From a bacterium (GTDB lineage: Bacteria; Bacillota_I; Bacilli_A; RF39; UBA660): 54,047 nucleotides of DNA. The translations under genes and the position numbers were made by a program. Shown here piece after piece: positions 30,127 to 40,939 of this stretch (position 1 is its first letter; the number at the start of each line of letters is the position of its first letter). Below the pieces are notes generated by a model. That model worked only from the letters and a program-made list of their open reading frames with translations, was not told the origin of the DNA and made no database searches. Where the stretch lies: contig JAQXRJ010000022.1 in NCBI GenBank assembly GCA_029218465.1, forward strand, positions 1 through 54,047, written 5' to 3'.

Positions 30127-31722
30127 CTATAAGGTTGAATTTATACCAACTCCTATTGGAGCACCTAAAATATACCAACCAATAATAATTATAATCCAAC
30201 AAATAGCCATAATAAAACAATACGGCATAATATAACCAATTCCCTCTTTAATAGTAATTGATTTTTTCTCATTATTATAAACATTTAAATAACCAATGTA
30301 AATAGCAAAATATGCTAAAAGTGGAGTTATTCCCTTAGTCATTGAATCTCCTGCTCTTAATATAAATTGAGCAAATTGTGGAGAAATATTTGATTGCATC
30401 ATTAATGGAACAACAATAGGAGCTAACATACTCCACTTAGCACTAGGAGTAGTAACAAACAAATTACATATTGCTATTATAATCATTACTAAAAATATTA
30501 GTGCTATTCCTGAGAAAGAAAGTTGAGAAATAAATTTAGTACATAAAGCCAAAATTAAATTTCCAATATTACTTTTCTTAAAAACAGCAATAAATTGCGA
30601 TGCAAAGAAAAGTGTGACAATAAGTGACCCTATATTATTCAAATATAAAAAGGATTTTTCTAATAAATCTTTATCATTCTTAATTGTTTTAGCATTTATT
30701 CCATAAACTATTCCAGCAACAATAAATAAAAAGGAAATCATATATGTAAATCCATCTTGAAAATAGGAATTTACACCAAATACTTGATTTAAATAAGTAT
30801 CTTCTTCTAAATCAAGTAATAATCCAGAAAATGGAAGTGAGGGAATAAGCATATATGCAAAAGCCAATAAAAATATAATACAAACAATTATAGTTTTTCT
30901 TAACCCCTTTTTTTCTCTTGCATCAATTTCTAATTTATTTTGCTCGGTTTCTTTAATTTTATCAATATTTATTTCTTTTGTAATAGCTAAATCCTCAGAA
31001 TAAAATGGTCTTTTAAACTTTGGAGCAATTATTTTTTCTATAATAATAGTACCAACTATTGAGGTGATTATAGTAGATACTATCATTATAATTAAATTAG
31101 ATGATAAACCAACATGATAAGATGAGTCAATAAGTCTTGCAGCAAGTGTAGTGTCTGGAATCAAATTAACTTCACTTGAACCTACAAATATAGTAGCCCC
31201 ATAGCCAAATGCAACTCCACACCAAGCCGTTATAACACCCAAGAATGGACTTCTTTTATTTGTGCTAAAAATAATAGCTGATAAAGGAATTAAAATAACA
31301 TATCCAACATCATTTATCAAACTCGAAATAGTTGCAAATAATATTATTAAAAAAGTGAGTTTTTTATTATCAATATTTAGTGTAATTCTTCTTGTAAAAG
31401 CATCTATTAAGCCAGTTGAATAAGCAACACTAAGTCCAACAAGCGCCAAAATTAAATTACTAAGAGGAACAAATCCAGCAAAATTTTTAGCAGCATTACT
31501 AATAATATATTTTAATCCATTATAATTTAATAAATTTTCAACAGATACTAGTTTACTTTGTACTTCTAATGTCTGAGAATTTATCTCTTTATATGAAGCT
31601 TGGATCCCCAATCCAGATATTATTCCACTTAAAATAACAACAAATATTGTTAACAAAATAAATGTAATTACTGGATGTAAATTGTATTTTTTTAATTTAA
31701 GCTTTTTCTTCTTATCTTTCAT
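30127..31722 (-). CDS. AbgT-family (p-aminobenzoyl-glutamate / antimetabolite) transporter
   Basis: Polytopic. VENLLNYNGLKYIISNAAKNFAGFVPLSNLILALVG aligns by eye with the E. coli AbgT block VKNLLSVEGLHWFLPNVIKNFSGFAPLGAILALVLG. Start taken at MKDKKKK (31722), 1 nt after the DUF951 stop. Confidence 0.65.
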   Translation of the reverse strand: MKDKKKKLKLKKYNLHPVITFILLTIFVVILSGIISGLGIQASYKEINSQTLEVQSKLVSVENLLNYNGLKYIISNAAKNFAGFVPLSNLILALVGLSVAYSTGLIDAFTRRITLNIDNKKLTFLIILFATISSLINDVGYVILIPLSAIIFSTNKRSPFLGVITAWCGVAFGYGATIFVGSSEVNLIPDTTLAARLIDSSYHVGLSSNLIIMIVSTIITSIVGTIIIEKIIAPKFKRPFYSEDLAITKEINIDKIKETEQNKLEIDAREKKGLRKTIIVCIIFLLAFAYMLIPSLPFSGLLLDLEEDTYLNQVFGVNSYFQDGFTYMISFLFIVAGIVYGINAKTIKNDKDLLEKSFLYLNNIGSLIVTLFFASQFIAVFKKSNIGNLILALCTKFISQLSFSGIALIFLVMIIIAICNLFVTTPSAKWSMLAPIVVPLMMQSNISPQFAQFILRAGDSMTKGITPLLAYFAIYIGYLNVYNNEKKSITIKEGIGYIMPYCFIMAICWIIIIIGWYILGAPIGVGINSTL

Positions 31723-31723
31723 A

Positions 31724-31912
31724 TTACTCCTCAATTATTTTTTTTATCTTCTTGTTAAATTCAATTCTAGAAAGCATAACAACTCTCCCACATTCACAAC
31801 ACTCAATTTTAATATCAGCACCAACTCTAACAATCTTCCAAATATAGCTACCACATGGATGAACTTTTTTCATATGAACTTTTGAACCTATTTTGTATTG
31901 CTTATTATCCAT
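31724..31912 (-). CDS. DUF951 family small protein (YyzM-like)
   Basis: 62 aa with HPCG..W and CxxCG motifs, at the conserved position between parB and ychF. Confidence 0.65.
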   Translation of the reverse strand: MDNKQYKIGSKVHMKKVHPCGSYIWKIVRVGADIKIECCECGRVVMLSRIEFNKKIKKIIEE

Positions 31913-31923
31913 AAATAAACCTT

Positions 31924-32817
31924 CTATTCTTTAATATTTAATATTTCTAAAATTCTATGTAAATCATTTATGTTTGTAAATGAAATTTCTAATTTATTAT
32001 TTTTAATTTTAACTTTTGTGCCTAATTTTTCCGACATACTACTTTCTAAATAAAAAAATTGTGATTGTTGTTTTTCTTTTTTAGAAACTATTTTATGTTT
32101 TTTTTCAAAATCCTTTTGTTGAGATAAAAATTCAATTTCTCTCACACTTAAATTTTCATTAATAATTTTGTTTGCAAGCTTAATAATTTCATTTTCATCT
32201 TTGATTTTACTTAAAACTCTAGCATGACTCATAGATATTGTACCATCACTAATCATAGTTTTAACAACTGATGGTAAGGACAATAGTCCAATCATATTAG
32301 TTACATGACTTCTACTTTTTCCTAATTTTTTTGATAATTCATCTTGTGTGATTTTTAATGTCTCAAGTAATTTATTATAGGCAGTGGCTTCTTCGATTGC
32401 ATTCAAATTTTCTCTTTGAAGATTTTCTAAAAGAGCAATTTCCATCATATCTTCATCAGAAAAATCTCTGATAATAGAAGGAATTTTTTCTAAGCCAGCA
32501 AGCTTAGACGCTTTTACTCTTCTCTCTCCAGCAATTATTTCATAACCTTTTATACTTTTTTTAACTATAATTGGCTGAAACACTCCATGTTCTTTAATTG
32601 AATCAGATAACTCTTTTAATTTTTCTTCATCAAAAAACTTTCTTGGCTGATATGGATTTGGCCTTAATTCATTTAAATTAATGTCAACAATTTCATTTTT
32701 TGGTGTTGAGGTAACAATTTTTTCTTCAAATTTATTTAAATCAAGTTGTTCATTATTAAATAGTTCTTCCAAACCCATTCCCAGTGCTCTTCTTTTAATT
32801 GTTTCCATTTCTCTCAA
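31924..32817 (-). CDS. parB: chromosome partitioning protein ParB (Spo0J)
   Basis: PNPYQPRKFFDEEKLKELSDSIKEHGVFQPIIV, the GERRVKASKLAG arginine patch, an HTH and a C-terminal dimerisation segment. Confidence 0.88.
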   Translation of the reverse strand: MREMETIKRRALGMGLEELFNNEQLDLNKFEEKIVTSTPKNEIVDINLNELRPNPYQPRKFFDEEKLKELSDSIKEHGVFQPIIVKKSIKGYEIIAGERRVKASKLAGLEKIPSIIRDFSDEDMMEIALLENLQRENLNAIEEATAYNKLLETLKITQDELSKKLGKSRSHVTNMIGLLSLPSVVKTMISDGTISMSHARVLSKIKDENEIIKLANKIINENLSVREIEFLSQQKDFEKKHKIVSKKEKQQSQFFYLESSMSEKLGTKVKIKNNKLEISFTNINDLHRILEILNIKE

Positions 32818-33583
32818 TCACTTCCTTAGCTAAATTTAAATAGGCTTCAGTACCTTTACTTTTTGAATCATATGCAACGATTGGTTTCCCATGAGACGGA
32901 GCTTCAGTAAGTCTTATCAATCTGGGTATAATTGTATTGTATACTCTTTCTTTAAAATATTTTCTTATATCTTCTACAACTTCAAATCCCAAATTTGTTC
33001 TAGAATCTAACATTGTTAACAATACGCCTTCTATATCTAGATTAGGATTCAAACTTTTTTGAGCCATCATTATAGTATTTAATAACTGCATTATCCCTTC
33101 TAATGCAAAAAATTCACATTGAACAGGAATAATAACAGAATTAGATGCAGTTAAAGCATTGGAAGTAATTAAACCTAATGATGGTGGACAGTCCATTATT
33201 ATATAATCAAAAAAATCCTTTATCGTATCTAATTTAATTTTTAATTGACTACTCTTACTAAAAGTTTGATCAACCCTACTTTTCTCCATCAATTCAATAT
33301 CAACACCTGCTAAATTTATAGTAGCCGGTAAAACATATAATCTCTGATATTTTGTTTTTATAATAGTATCATTTATTGAACACTTATCAGTTAAAACATC
33401 ATACACACTTTTATCTATATCGCCTTTGCTAATACCAATACCAGTAGTTGCATTACCTTGAGGATCTAAATCAACTAATAAAACTTTTTTACCTAAAACA
33501 GCTAATGATGCAGAAAGATTAATACTAGTTGTTGTCTTTCCTACTCCACCTTTTTGATTAACTAATGAAATTATCTTTCCCAT
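32795..33583 (-). CDS. parA: chromosome partitioning ATPase ParA (Soj)
   Basis: Deviant Walker A NQKGGVGKTTT. Start taken at the ATG at 33583 (MGKIISL), 6 nt after AAGGTG. Confidence 0.9.
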   Translation of the reverse strand: MGKIISLVNQKGGVGKTTTSINLSASLAVLGKKVLLVDLDPQGNATTGIGISKGDIDKSVYDVLTDKCSINDTIIKTKYQRLYVLPATINLAGVDIELMEKSRVDQTFSKSSQLKIKLDTIKDFFDYIIMDCPPSLGLITSNALTASNSVIIPVQCEFFALEGIMQLLNTIMMAQKSLNPNLDIEGVLLTMLDSRTNLGFEVVEDIRKYFKERVYNTIIPRLIRLTEAPSHGKPIVAYDSKSKGTEAYLNLAKEVIERNGNN

Positions 33584-33695
33584 CTTTATCACCTTTTCTT
33601 TAACTTCTATTTTATTCTATCAAAAAAAATAATATTTTTAAACGTTTTTTAGAAAAAAAGATAGCTATTTAAACTATCCTTTAAAATAACTATAA

Positions 33696-34913
33696 TTATT
33701 TATCAATTCTTACTACAATTTGATAAAAATCGTCAAAATCAAATTCTTCTACATCAATTTTTTTACCAGATTGTTTCAGTTTATCTATTGAAGATTTTAT
33801 TTCATTAACAGTATTCTTTGTATCATTATTTGAATTATTTCTTTGATCAATATCTTTTTGATTTATTGAATTGAACAATGGAGAAATATTAGAAGAATTT
33901 TGATCAAGTTCTTCAATAGTATCACTTTCTTGAACAGGAACTGAAGGCAAGTCAAAGTTTTTATATAAATTGTTTTCTAAATTTATATTATTTTGACTAT
34001 TAGATTCAGATTTAGGTTGTAGTATAGTTTCACCAACAGTCATTCCAGCTAGTAAACCTGATCCTCCAATTATTTCTTCTTCATTTATTTTATTAGATTG
34101 CTGATTACTTTCAGAAATTTCAGAAGAAATAATAGGCTCATTTATATTACCAATAATATTATTATTTGAATTTAAAGAATTACTTAAAACAGGTTCGTTA
34201 ATAAAACTAGTAACATTAGATGGCTCATTTAAGTCATTATTATGTAGCTGATCATTAAATAAATTATTACTTATTGTACTAATATTAACATTTTCGTTAT
34301 TATTAGAAGCATTCATTCCTTTAATTTCTTGATCAAGTTCTCTTACTGTCATTCTAGAAGTAATAACTTTATTTAACAATTCAACTTGCTTAATAGGATC
34401 AGTAATATTTAATAAACTTCTAGCGTGTCTTTCAGATATCTGTTCATGTAAAAGAGCATCTTGAACTTCATCAGTTAATGACAAAAGTCTCAATTTATTT
34501 GAAACAGCTGACTGAGATTTGCCCATAGTTTTTGCTAATTCTTCTTGCGTTAATGCATCTAATTCAAGAATTTTTTGATAAGTTCTTGCCTCTTCTATAG
34601 CAGTTAAATCTCTTCTTTGCAAATTTTCTAACAAAGCAACTTTAGAAGTTTCTTTGTCATCTAAATTTCTTACAATTGCAGGTATTTTTGTTAGTCCAGC
34701 TAAAGTTGATGCTTTATATCTTCTTTCACCAGCAATTATTTCATATTTTTCTCCTATTTGTCTAACAATAATGGGCTGAATAACACCATGTTCTTTAATT
34801 GACACAGCTAATTCTTTTAATGCTTGTTCATCAAAATTCTCTCTTGGCTGAAATCTATTTGGAATTATATCATCTAAATATAAATATTTTATTTCATTAT
34901 CCACATTATCCAT
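33696..34913 (-). CDS. noc: Noc-like ParB paralog with a ~170-aa N/S-rich low-complexity insertion
   Basis: The ParB N-terminal domain (RFQPRENFDEQALKELAVSIKEHGVIQPIIV; GERRYKASTLAG) plus HTH occupies the first ~200 aa. Position between rsmG and parA matches B. subtilis noc. The ATG at 34913 follows GGAGG by 6 nt. Confidence 0.7.
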   Translation of the reverse strand: MDNVDNEIKYLYLDDIIPNRFQPRENFDEQALKELAVSIKEHGVIQPIIVRQIGEKYEIIAGERRYKASTLAGLTKIPAIVRNLDDKETSKVALLENLQRRDLTAIEEARTYQKILELDALTQEELAKTMGKSQSAVSNKLRLLSLTDEVQDALLHEQISERHARSLLNITDPIKQVELLNKVITSRMTVRELDQEIKGMNASNNNENVNISTISNNLFNDQLHNNDLNEPSNVTSFINEPVLSNSLNSNNNIIGNINEPIISSEISESNQQSNKINEEEIIGGSGLLAGMTVGETILQPKSESNSQNNINLENNLYKNFDLPSVPVQESDTIEELDQNSSNISPLFNSINQKDIDQRNNSNNDTKNTVNEIKSSIDKLKQSGKKIDVEEFDFDDFYQIVVRIDK

Positions 34914-35091
34914 AAGCAACCTCCATATTCTTTTTTACCCTATACAAAGATTATAAACTATAAATTAAATTTTTACAATCTTTTTAATATATAAAAATAA
35001 TTAATTTAATAAAATAATATTATTGTTATATCATCGATTAATAATTTTAAAGTATTTACTATACGATAATTTCTTATATTTCTATATTAAA

Positions 35092-35799
35092 TCAAAAATT
35101 ATAATTTTTTTTAATTATAGATATATTTCTTGGATACTTATTGGGAGTTTTATCTACTTTCAATATATCAACAAGTGTTCTTATGCTATTTTCAATTGGT
35201 AATTTAAATTTAATTACATTATTAACAATTGCTTTATAATTAAAGATTATTTTCTTTAAAGAATTAAATTCTTCTTCACAATTACCTTTCATAAATATTA
35301 AATGTCCACCTACTTTTAGTGATTGTATTGATATTTCAAGTAAAATTTCACTTCTAGCAACAGCTCTTGATGTTATTATATCAAATACTTCCTTATTTTT
35401 TTTGGAATATTCTTCCATCCTACAGTGAATTACTTCAATATCTTTCAATTTTAACTCATTAATAACTTTATTTAAAAAAATAATTCTTTTATTTAATGAA
35501 TCAATTAATGTAATTTTTAAATTAGGAAAAACAATTTTTAATACAATTCCAGGAAATCCAGCACCTGTTCCAACATCACATAATGATAAATTTTTATATA
35601 AATCCACTGATTTAATTAATGTTAAACTATCATAAAAATGCTTCAAACATACATCATCATATTTTGTTATTCTAGTTAAATTAATCTTATTGTTTTCTTC
35701 TATTATCAGCTGATAATATCGATCAAGTTTGGATTGCTGATTATTTGTTAAATTAATATTTAATTTTTTTAATTCTTTAATAAAAATATCTTTATTCAT
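35092..35799 (-). CDS. rsmG: 16S rRNA (guanine527-N7)-methyltransferase
   Basis: SAM motif DVGTGAGFPGIVLKI, plus synteny with mnmG. Confidence 0.88.
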   Translation of the reverse strand: MNKDIFIKELKKLNINLTNNQQSKLDRYYQLIIEENNKINLTRITKYDDVCLKHFYDSLTLIKSVDLYKNLSLCDVGTGAGFPGIVLKIVFPNLKITLIDSLNKRIIFLNKVINELKLKDIEVIHCRMEEYSKKNKEVFDIITSRAVARSEILLEISIQSLKVGGHLIFMKGNCEEEFNSLKKIIFNYKAIVNNVIKFKLPIENSIRTLVDILKVDKTPNKYPRNISIIKKNYNF

Positions 35800-37654
35800 T
35801 GTGTTTTAACCTCTTTAAATAAACTGTTAATATTGATATATCCGACGGATTTACTCCACTTATTCTTGAAGCCTGCCCAATATTCATTGGTCTAATATCT
35901 GATAATTTTTGTATGGCTTCACTAGCCAGATTTTTAATATTCGAATAATCAATATTTTCAGGTATTGTAATATTTTCTAAATCAAGCATTCTCAAAGCTT
36001 CTTTTTCTGCTTTAATTATGTATCCTTCATATTTAACATTTATTTCAACTTGTTCTAAAACTTCATTACTATAATCAAAATCTATAAAGTGTTTCATATC
36101 ATTTATTGATATCTCAGGTCTTTTTAAAAGATTATATAAAGTTATTCCATCTAATAATTTTGATGAATTTAAGCCTTCTAAATAGTCATTTATATCTTTT
36201 TTTGGAGTTATTTTTATAGATTTTAATAATTTTATTAGATTTTTTATATCTCTTTGTTTATTAATTAATTTATTATATTTTTCCTCACTTATTAATCCAA
36301 CATCGTATCCATATTTTCTTAATCTCAAATCAGCATTATCATGTCTAAGTAAAAGTCTATATTCTGCACGTGAAGTTAACATTCTATATGGTTCCTTAGT
36401 ACCTTTTGTAACTAAATCATCAATTAATACTCCAATATAAGCTTCATTCCTTTTTAATATTAAAGGATCTAGATTATTAATTTTTCTAGATGCATTTATA
36501 CCTGCTATTAAACCTTGTCCAGCAGCTTCTTCATATCCACTTGTGCCATTTATTTGACCGGCAGTAAATAAGTTCTCTATAATTTTTGTCTCTAAAGAAT
36601 GCTTTAGTTGCAACGGATCAATTGCATCATATTCTATTGCATATGCATATTTTAATATTTTAGCATTCTCTAATCCAGGTAAACTATGAACCATTTTTTC
36701 TTGAATATCTTCAGGCATACTAGTAGAAAAACCTTGTATATAAATATCATCATAATATAAACTTTCGGGCTCTAGAAATAATTGATGACGTTCTTTATCT
36801 TTAAATCTAACAATTTTATCTTCAATAGAAGGACAATATCTTGGACCTATTCCTTGAATAAATCCACCATACATACTTGATTTATTCAAATTATCTAAAA
36901 TTATTTTATGCGTCTCTGGTGTAGTATATATTAGATGACATGGAATTTGATCACTAATATTATACATAGGAAAATTATCAAATGAAAATGTATATAATTT
37001 ATTATCTCCAGGCTCTATACTTACTTTTGAAAAATCTATACTATTTTTAGCAATTCTAGGTGGAGTCCCAGTTTTTAATCTTTGAATTCTAAATCCTAAC
37101 TTTTTTAACTCATCACTTAATAATTTTGAATTTTTTTCACCATGTGGACCACTTGATATTTTTTTACTACCTCTTAATACAGTGGATTTTAAATAAGTTC
37201 CAGTAGTTAATATAACTGCTTTTGATTCTATTTCAGTATTATCACTTAAGAAAACACCACATACTTTATTATCAATTACTTTTAATTTTTCAACAGTTGC
37301 TTCTAATAAATTTAGATTCTTTTGAAGTTTAAGTGTATCAAGCATTTTTTGTGGATAAATTACTTTATCACCTTGTGCTCTTAAAGCTCTAACAGCAGGG
37401 CCTTTTTTAGTATTTAACATTTTCAATTGTAATGAAGAATGATCTATATTATTAGCCATTTCTCCACCTAATGCGTCTATTTCTCTAACAATTATTCCCT
37501 TTGCTGGTCCTCCAATCGATGGATTACATGGCATATCGGCAATATTTGAAATATTACCCGTAATAAGTAAAGTTTTATTACCTAATCGAGCAGCCGCTAA
37601 AGATGCTTCACAACCTGCATGCCCACCACCAACAACAATAATATCATATTTCAT
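35792..37654 (-). CDS. mnmG: tRNA uridine 5-carboxymethylaminomethyl modification enzyme
   Basis: YDIIVVGGGHAGCEA FAD motif. 620 aa with a GidA-type C-terminus. Confidence 0.93.
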   Translation of the reverse strand: MKYDIIVVGGGHAGCEASLAAARLGNKTLLITGNISNIADMPCNPSIGGPAKGIIVREIDALGGEMANNIDHSSLQLKMLNTKKGPAVRALRAQGDKVIYPQKMLDTLKLQKNLNLLEATVEKLKVIDNKVCGVFLSDNTEIESKAVILTTGTYLKSTVLRGSKKISSGPHGEKNSKLLSDELKKLGFRIQRLKTGTPPRIAKNSIDFSKVSIEPGDNKLYTFSFDNFPMYNISDQIPCHLIYTTPETHKIILDNLNKSSMYGGFIQGIGPRYCPSIEDKIVRFKDKERHQLFLEPESLYYDDIYIQGFSTSMPEDIQEKMVHSLPGLENAKILKYAYAIEYDAIDPLQLKHSLETKIIENLFTAGQINGTSGYEEAAGQGLIAGINASRKINNLDPLILKRNEAYIGVLIDDLVTKGTKEPYRMLTSRAEYRLLLRHDNADLRLRKYGYDVGLISEEKYNKLINKQRDIKNLIKLLKSIKITPKKDINDYLEGLNSSKLLDGITLYNLLKRPEISINDMKHFIDFDYSNEVLEQVEINVKYEGYIIKAEKEALRMLDLENITIPENIDYSNIKNLASEAIQKLSDIRPMNIGQASRISGVNPSDISILTVYLKRLKHNE

Positions 37655-37673
37655 TCAAATCACTTCTTTCAAA

Positions 37674-39029
37674 CTACTTTCCTAAACAAAACTGACTAAA
37701 CAATTGATCTAATAATTCTTCAGTATATGATTCACCTATTATTTCTCCAAGTTTTTCCCAGCATCGTTTAATATCAATTTCAATTATGTCTATAGGTACT
37801 TGATTTTTAATACCGTTTAAGGCATCTTCTAACATATTTAAAGATTCTTTTGCTAAAGATATTTGTCTTACATTATTTAAAGATAAATTATCATTTTGAG
37901 ATAATTTATTTAAATTAAACATATCAATAATTTTATTTTTTAATGAATCTATACCATTTAATTCTATAGTATTACAATAAACTATATTATTATATGGAAT
38001 TTCATTTATTTCAAGATTATTACATAAATCTGTTTTATTAATTACAACAATAACATTTTTATTTTCTACATATTTAAATATTTTTTTATCATCATCAGTT
38101 AATTTTTCATTATTATTAAGTACCAATATTATCAAATCAGCATGCTTAGCTAAATCTATACTTTTATTTATACCTATTTTTTCTACTATATTACTAGATT
38201 TTCTTATTCCTGCTGTATCAATGATATTTAATAATACTCCATTTATTGTTATTGTTCCTTCAACCATATCTCTTGTTGTACCTTCAATGTTTGTAACTAT
38301 CGCTTTATCTTCATCAATTAATTTATTTAATATACTACTTTTTCCAACGTTCGGTCTACCAATGATTACAGTAGTAATTCCATTTGAAATTATTTTTCCA
38401 TTTTCAGATTCTCTTATTATTTTGTTTATTTTTTTCTTAATTCTGATTAACTTTGGCTTTATTATCTCATTTGTCATTTCTACTGTATCTTCATATTCTG
38501 GATAATCAATATTAACTTCTATAGACGCCAGAAGTTCAAGAATATTCTTTCTTAAATTTTTTATAATACTACTTACATAACCATTTAATCCTTTAACGGC
38601 TATTTTTCTTTTTGCCTCACTTTTAGCATTAATTAAATCCATAACAGATTCAGCTTGAGTTAAATCAATTCTACCATTTAAAAAAGCTCTTTTAGTAAAT
38701 TCTCCAGGTTCAGCAATACGAGCTCCATTATTTATAATAGTCTCTAACACTTTATTTGTAGTTGAAATACCTCCATGACAATTTATTTCAACGGTATCTT
38801 CCATAGTAAATGTTTTAGGAGACTTCATAACTGATACTAAAACTTCATCTATTATTTCTTTATTATTAACAATATAGCCATAATTAATAGTATGAGATTC
38901 AACTTTAGTTAAATCTTTTCCTTTAAAGCATTTATTAACAATTAATATTGAATCATTTCCACTAACTCTAATAATAGAAATAGCTCCTACTCCCATAGTA
39001 GTTGATATTGCAGCAATTGTATCATTCAT
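37674..39029 (-). CDS. mnmE: tRNA modification GTPase
   Basis: G-domain GRPNVGKSSILN and DTAGIR, with the C-terminal FCLGK motif. Confidence 0.92.
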   Translation of the reverse strand: MNDTIAAISTTMGVGAISIIRVSGNDSILIVNKCFKGKDLTKVESHTINYGYIVNNKEIIDEVLVSVMKSPKTFTMEDTVEINCHGGISTTNKVLETIINNGARIAEPGEFTKRAFLNGRIDLTQAESVMDLINAKSEAKRKIAVKGLNGYVSSIIKNLRKNILELLASIEVNIDYPEYEDTVEMTNEIIKPKLIRIKKKINKIIRESENGKIISNGITTVIIGRPNVGKSSILNKLIDEDKAIVTNIEGTTRDMVEGTITINGVLLNIIDTAGIRKSSNIVEKIGINKSIDLAKHADLIILVLNNNEKLTDDDKKIFKYVENKNVIVVINKTDLCNNLEINEIPYNNIVYCNTIELNGIDSLKNKIIDMFNLNKLSQNDNLSLNNVRQISLAKESLNMLEDALNGIKNQVPIDIIEIDIKRCWEKLGEIIGESYTEELLDQLFSQFCLGK

Positions 39030-39089
39030 AATCTAATGTCACCTCATTTGCATGTATATATTAGCATTAAATTTAAAAAAAAGGAAGTA

Positions 39090-39701
39090 TTAACTTTCCT
39101 TTGGTTTTATAACAACACATCTATAAGGCTCTTCACCTGTACTTTCAGTAGTAACATATTTATTATCACTTAGAATAGTGTGAATAATCCTTCTTTCATA
39201 AGAATTCATTGGATCTAGTTTTGATTCTATTTTAGTTTTAGATACTTCTCTAGCAACATTCTTAGCAAGTTTCTCTAAACGTTTTTGATTCTTTATTTTA
39301 TATTCTCCAACATCTAAAATAAAGTTATAATGAAAACCTAATTCATTATATAAATATTGCTTAAGTAATAGACTTAATGCATTAATAGTTTTTCCAAATT
39401 TTCCAATTAAAATATTATTATTTTTAGCAAATATTGTAATATAGGTTATATCATCTCTTTGTTTAATTTCAAATTTTGAATCCATACCCATCAATTTTAT
39501 TATTTTAGTTAAAAATTTCTTTATTTCAGTAATTATTTCATCTCTAGTATTTGCTTCAATTTCAATTTTTTTAGCTTTAAATATTCCTTCCTTAATTTCA
39601 CTTTCAATATAAAATAAATCTTTTTCATAACAATTTAGTTCATATAGAGCTTGATTAAGTGCATCTTGTTTAATCTTAGCCGAAAATTTATGCTTTTCCA
39701 T
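39090..39701 (-). CDS. jag: Jag/KhpB RNA-binding protein (KH + R3H)
   Basis: C-terminal R3H motif (MNSYERRIIHTIL) and conserved position downstream of yidC. Confidence 0.8.
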   Translation of the reverse strand: MEKHKFSAKIKQDALNQALYELNCYEKDLFYIESEIKEGIFKAKKIEIEANTRDEIITEIKKFLTKIIKLMGMDSKFEIKQRDDITYITIFAKNNNILIGKFGKTINALSLLLKQYLYNELGFHYNFILDVGEYKIKNQKRLEKLAKNVAREVSKTKIESKLDPMNSYERRIIHTILSDNKYVTTESTGEEPYRCVVIKPKES

Positions 39702-40602
39702 TTTTTATACCTCTCTTTACCAATATATTTTGTACAACAGTAAACAAATTTGTTGTAATCCAGTATATATCTAGTGCAGCGGTCATAAATATTGACATAA
39801 CAGTAATCATTATTACCATCATTCTGTTCATACTTTTTGTTTGATTATTATCACCAACAGCTGTAGCATTAAATTTAAACGAAAAATAAGTAGTTAGAGA
39901 AACAATTAAAATTAAAATTAAATACATATAATCTCCATTAAATAATGCAGATTTAGGCGTTGTTCCCAATTGAAATAATAAAAATTTTTCTTCAAATATA
40001 GCTGGTACTCTATTAATTGCTTCTAAAAATCCTATAAATAAAGGTAATTGAATAAATGCAAATAAACATCCAGAAATGGGATTTATATCATATTTTTTAT
40101 ATATAAGCATCATTTCTTGATTTTTTTTCATCAATGATTCTTGATCTGTTTTATCTTTATATTTACTTTCTAATTTATCAAGTTCTGGTTTTGCATTTTT
40201 CATAAGCTCAGATTGAATTGCTGTTTTTCTAGTAATTGGATATGCAATAATTCTAATAGCTAAACTTACTAAAATTAAGCTTAGTCCATAACTTTTTACA
40301 TAATTTCCTAATTTTAAAATTAGCCAAGCTAATGGTTTAACAACAAATGAATCCCATAATCCATCATATCCACCTGAATTTATTTTAAATTTTTCACAGT
40401 CGGGAAGTTTTTTTAGGTCAACACTATTATCTTCATATATTTTAATTGTATCTAAATTTTTAGGCTTACACAAAATATTTTCAGTTATACTTTGACCAGT
40501 TGTGGGATTAGTAATAACTTTATTTCCATTTGTTAATTGCTTTGTACAACCACTAAACAATATTAACATTAAAAAAAACATTATAATTTTATTTTTTTTC
40601 AT
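39688..40602 (-). CDS. yidC: membrane protein insertase YidC (lipoprotein type, SpoIIIJ-like)
   Basis: Lipobox LFSGC and the Oxa1/YidC core (GCLFAFIQLPLFIGF). Confidence 0.88.
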   Translation of the reverse strand: MKKNKIIMFFLMLILFSGCTKQLTNGNKVITNPTTGQSITENILCKPKNLDTIKIYEDNSVDLKKLPDCEKFKINSGGYDGLWDSFVVKPLAWLILKLGNYVKSYGLSLILVSLAIRIIAYPITRKTAIQSELMKNAKPELDKLESKYKDKTDQESLMKKNQEMMLIYKKYDINPISGCLFAFIQLPLFIGFLEAINRVPAIFEEKFLLFQLGTTPKSALFNGDYMYLILILIVSLTTYFSFKFNATAVGDNNQTKSMNRMMVIMITVMSIFMTAALDIYWITTNLFTVVQNILVKRGIKNGKA

Positions 40603-40939
40603 AAATATCTCCTTTATTAATTATCTCAATTAATTTAATATAATTTTCTTGCAAGACTGAAAATTCACAATCAATGCATGCTTTCCTCATTATTATAATA
40701 TAATCAAGATTATTTTGGTAGTATTTTTTATTATTATCAATAATACTTCTAATTTTTCTTTTATATTTATTTCTGAAAACAGCATTACCTAATTTTTTCC
40801 CAACAGAAACTCCAAATCTATAATAATTAAGATTATTTTTATTATAATATATTATAAAAAATTTATTTTTTACGAAGTTTGAACTTTTAATTATATTTTC
40901 AAACTCATATTTTTTTTTAACTCTAAATTGCTTTTTCAT
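40589..40939 (-). CDS. rnpA: ribonuclease P protein component
   Basis: 116-aa basic protein with the RNR-like motif (GNAVFRNKYKRKIR), downstream of rpmH. Confidence 0.85.
   Translation of the reverse strand: MKKQFRVKKKYEFENIIKSSNFVKNKFFIIYYNKNNLNYYRFGVSVGKKLGNAVFRNKYKRKIRSIIDNNKKYYQNNLDYIIIMRKACIDCEFSVLQENYIKLIEIINKGDIYEKK

Noticed and set aside
30113-30220. N-terminal extensions in the ORF track that would create overlaps or odd N-termini: 36 codons for ychF (overlapping the abgT 3' end), 8 codons for uvrB (7770-7793), 20 codons for the CLC gene (51988-52047), and short extensions for ftsH, parA and noc.
   Set aside because: In each case a canonical SD sits 5-8 nt upstream of an internal ATG, and that ATG coincides with the conserved family N-terminus. 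The extensions start at non-ATG codons or lack an SD.
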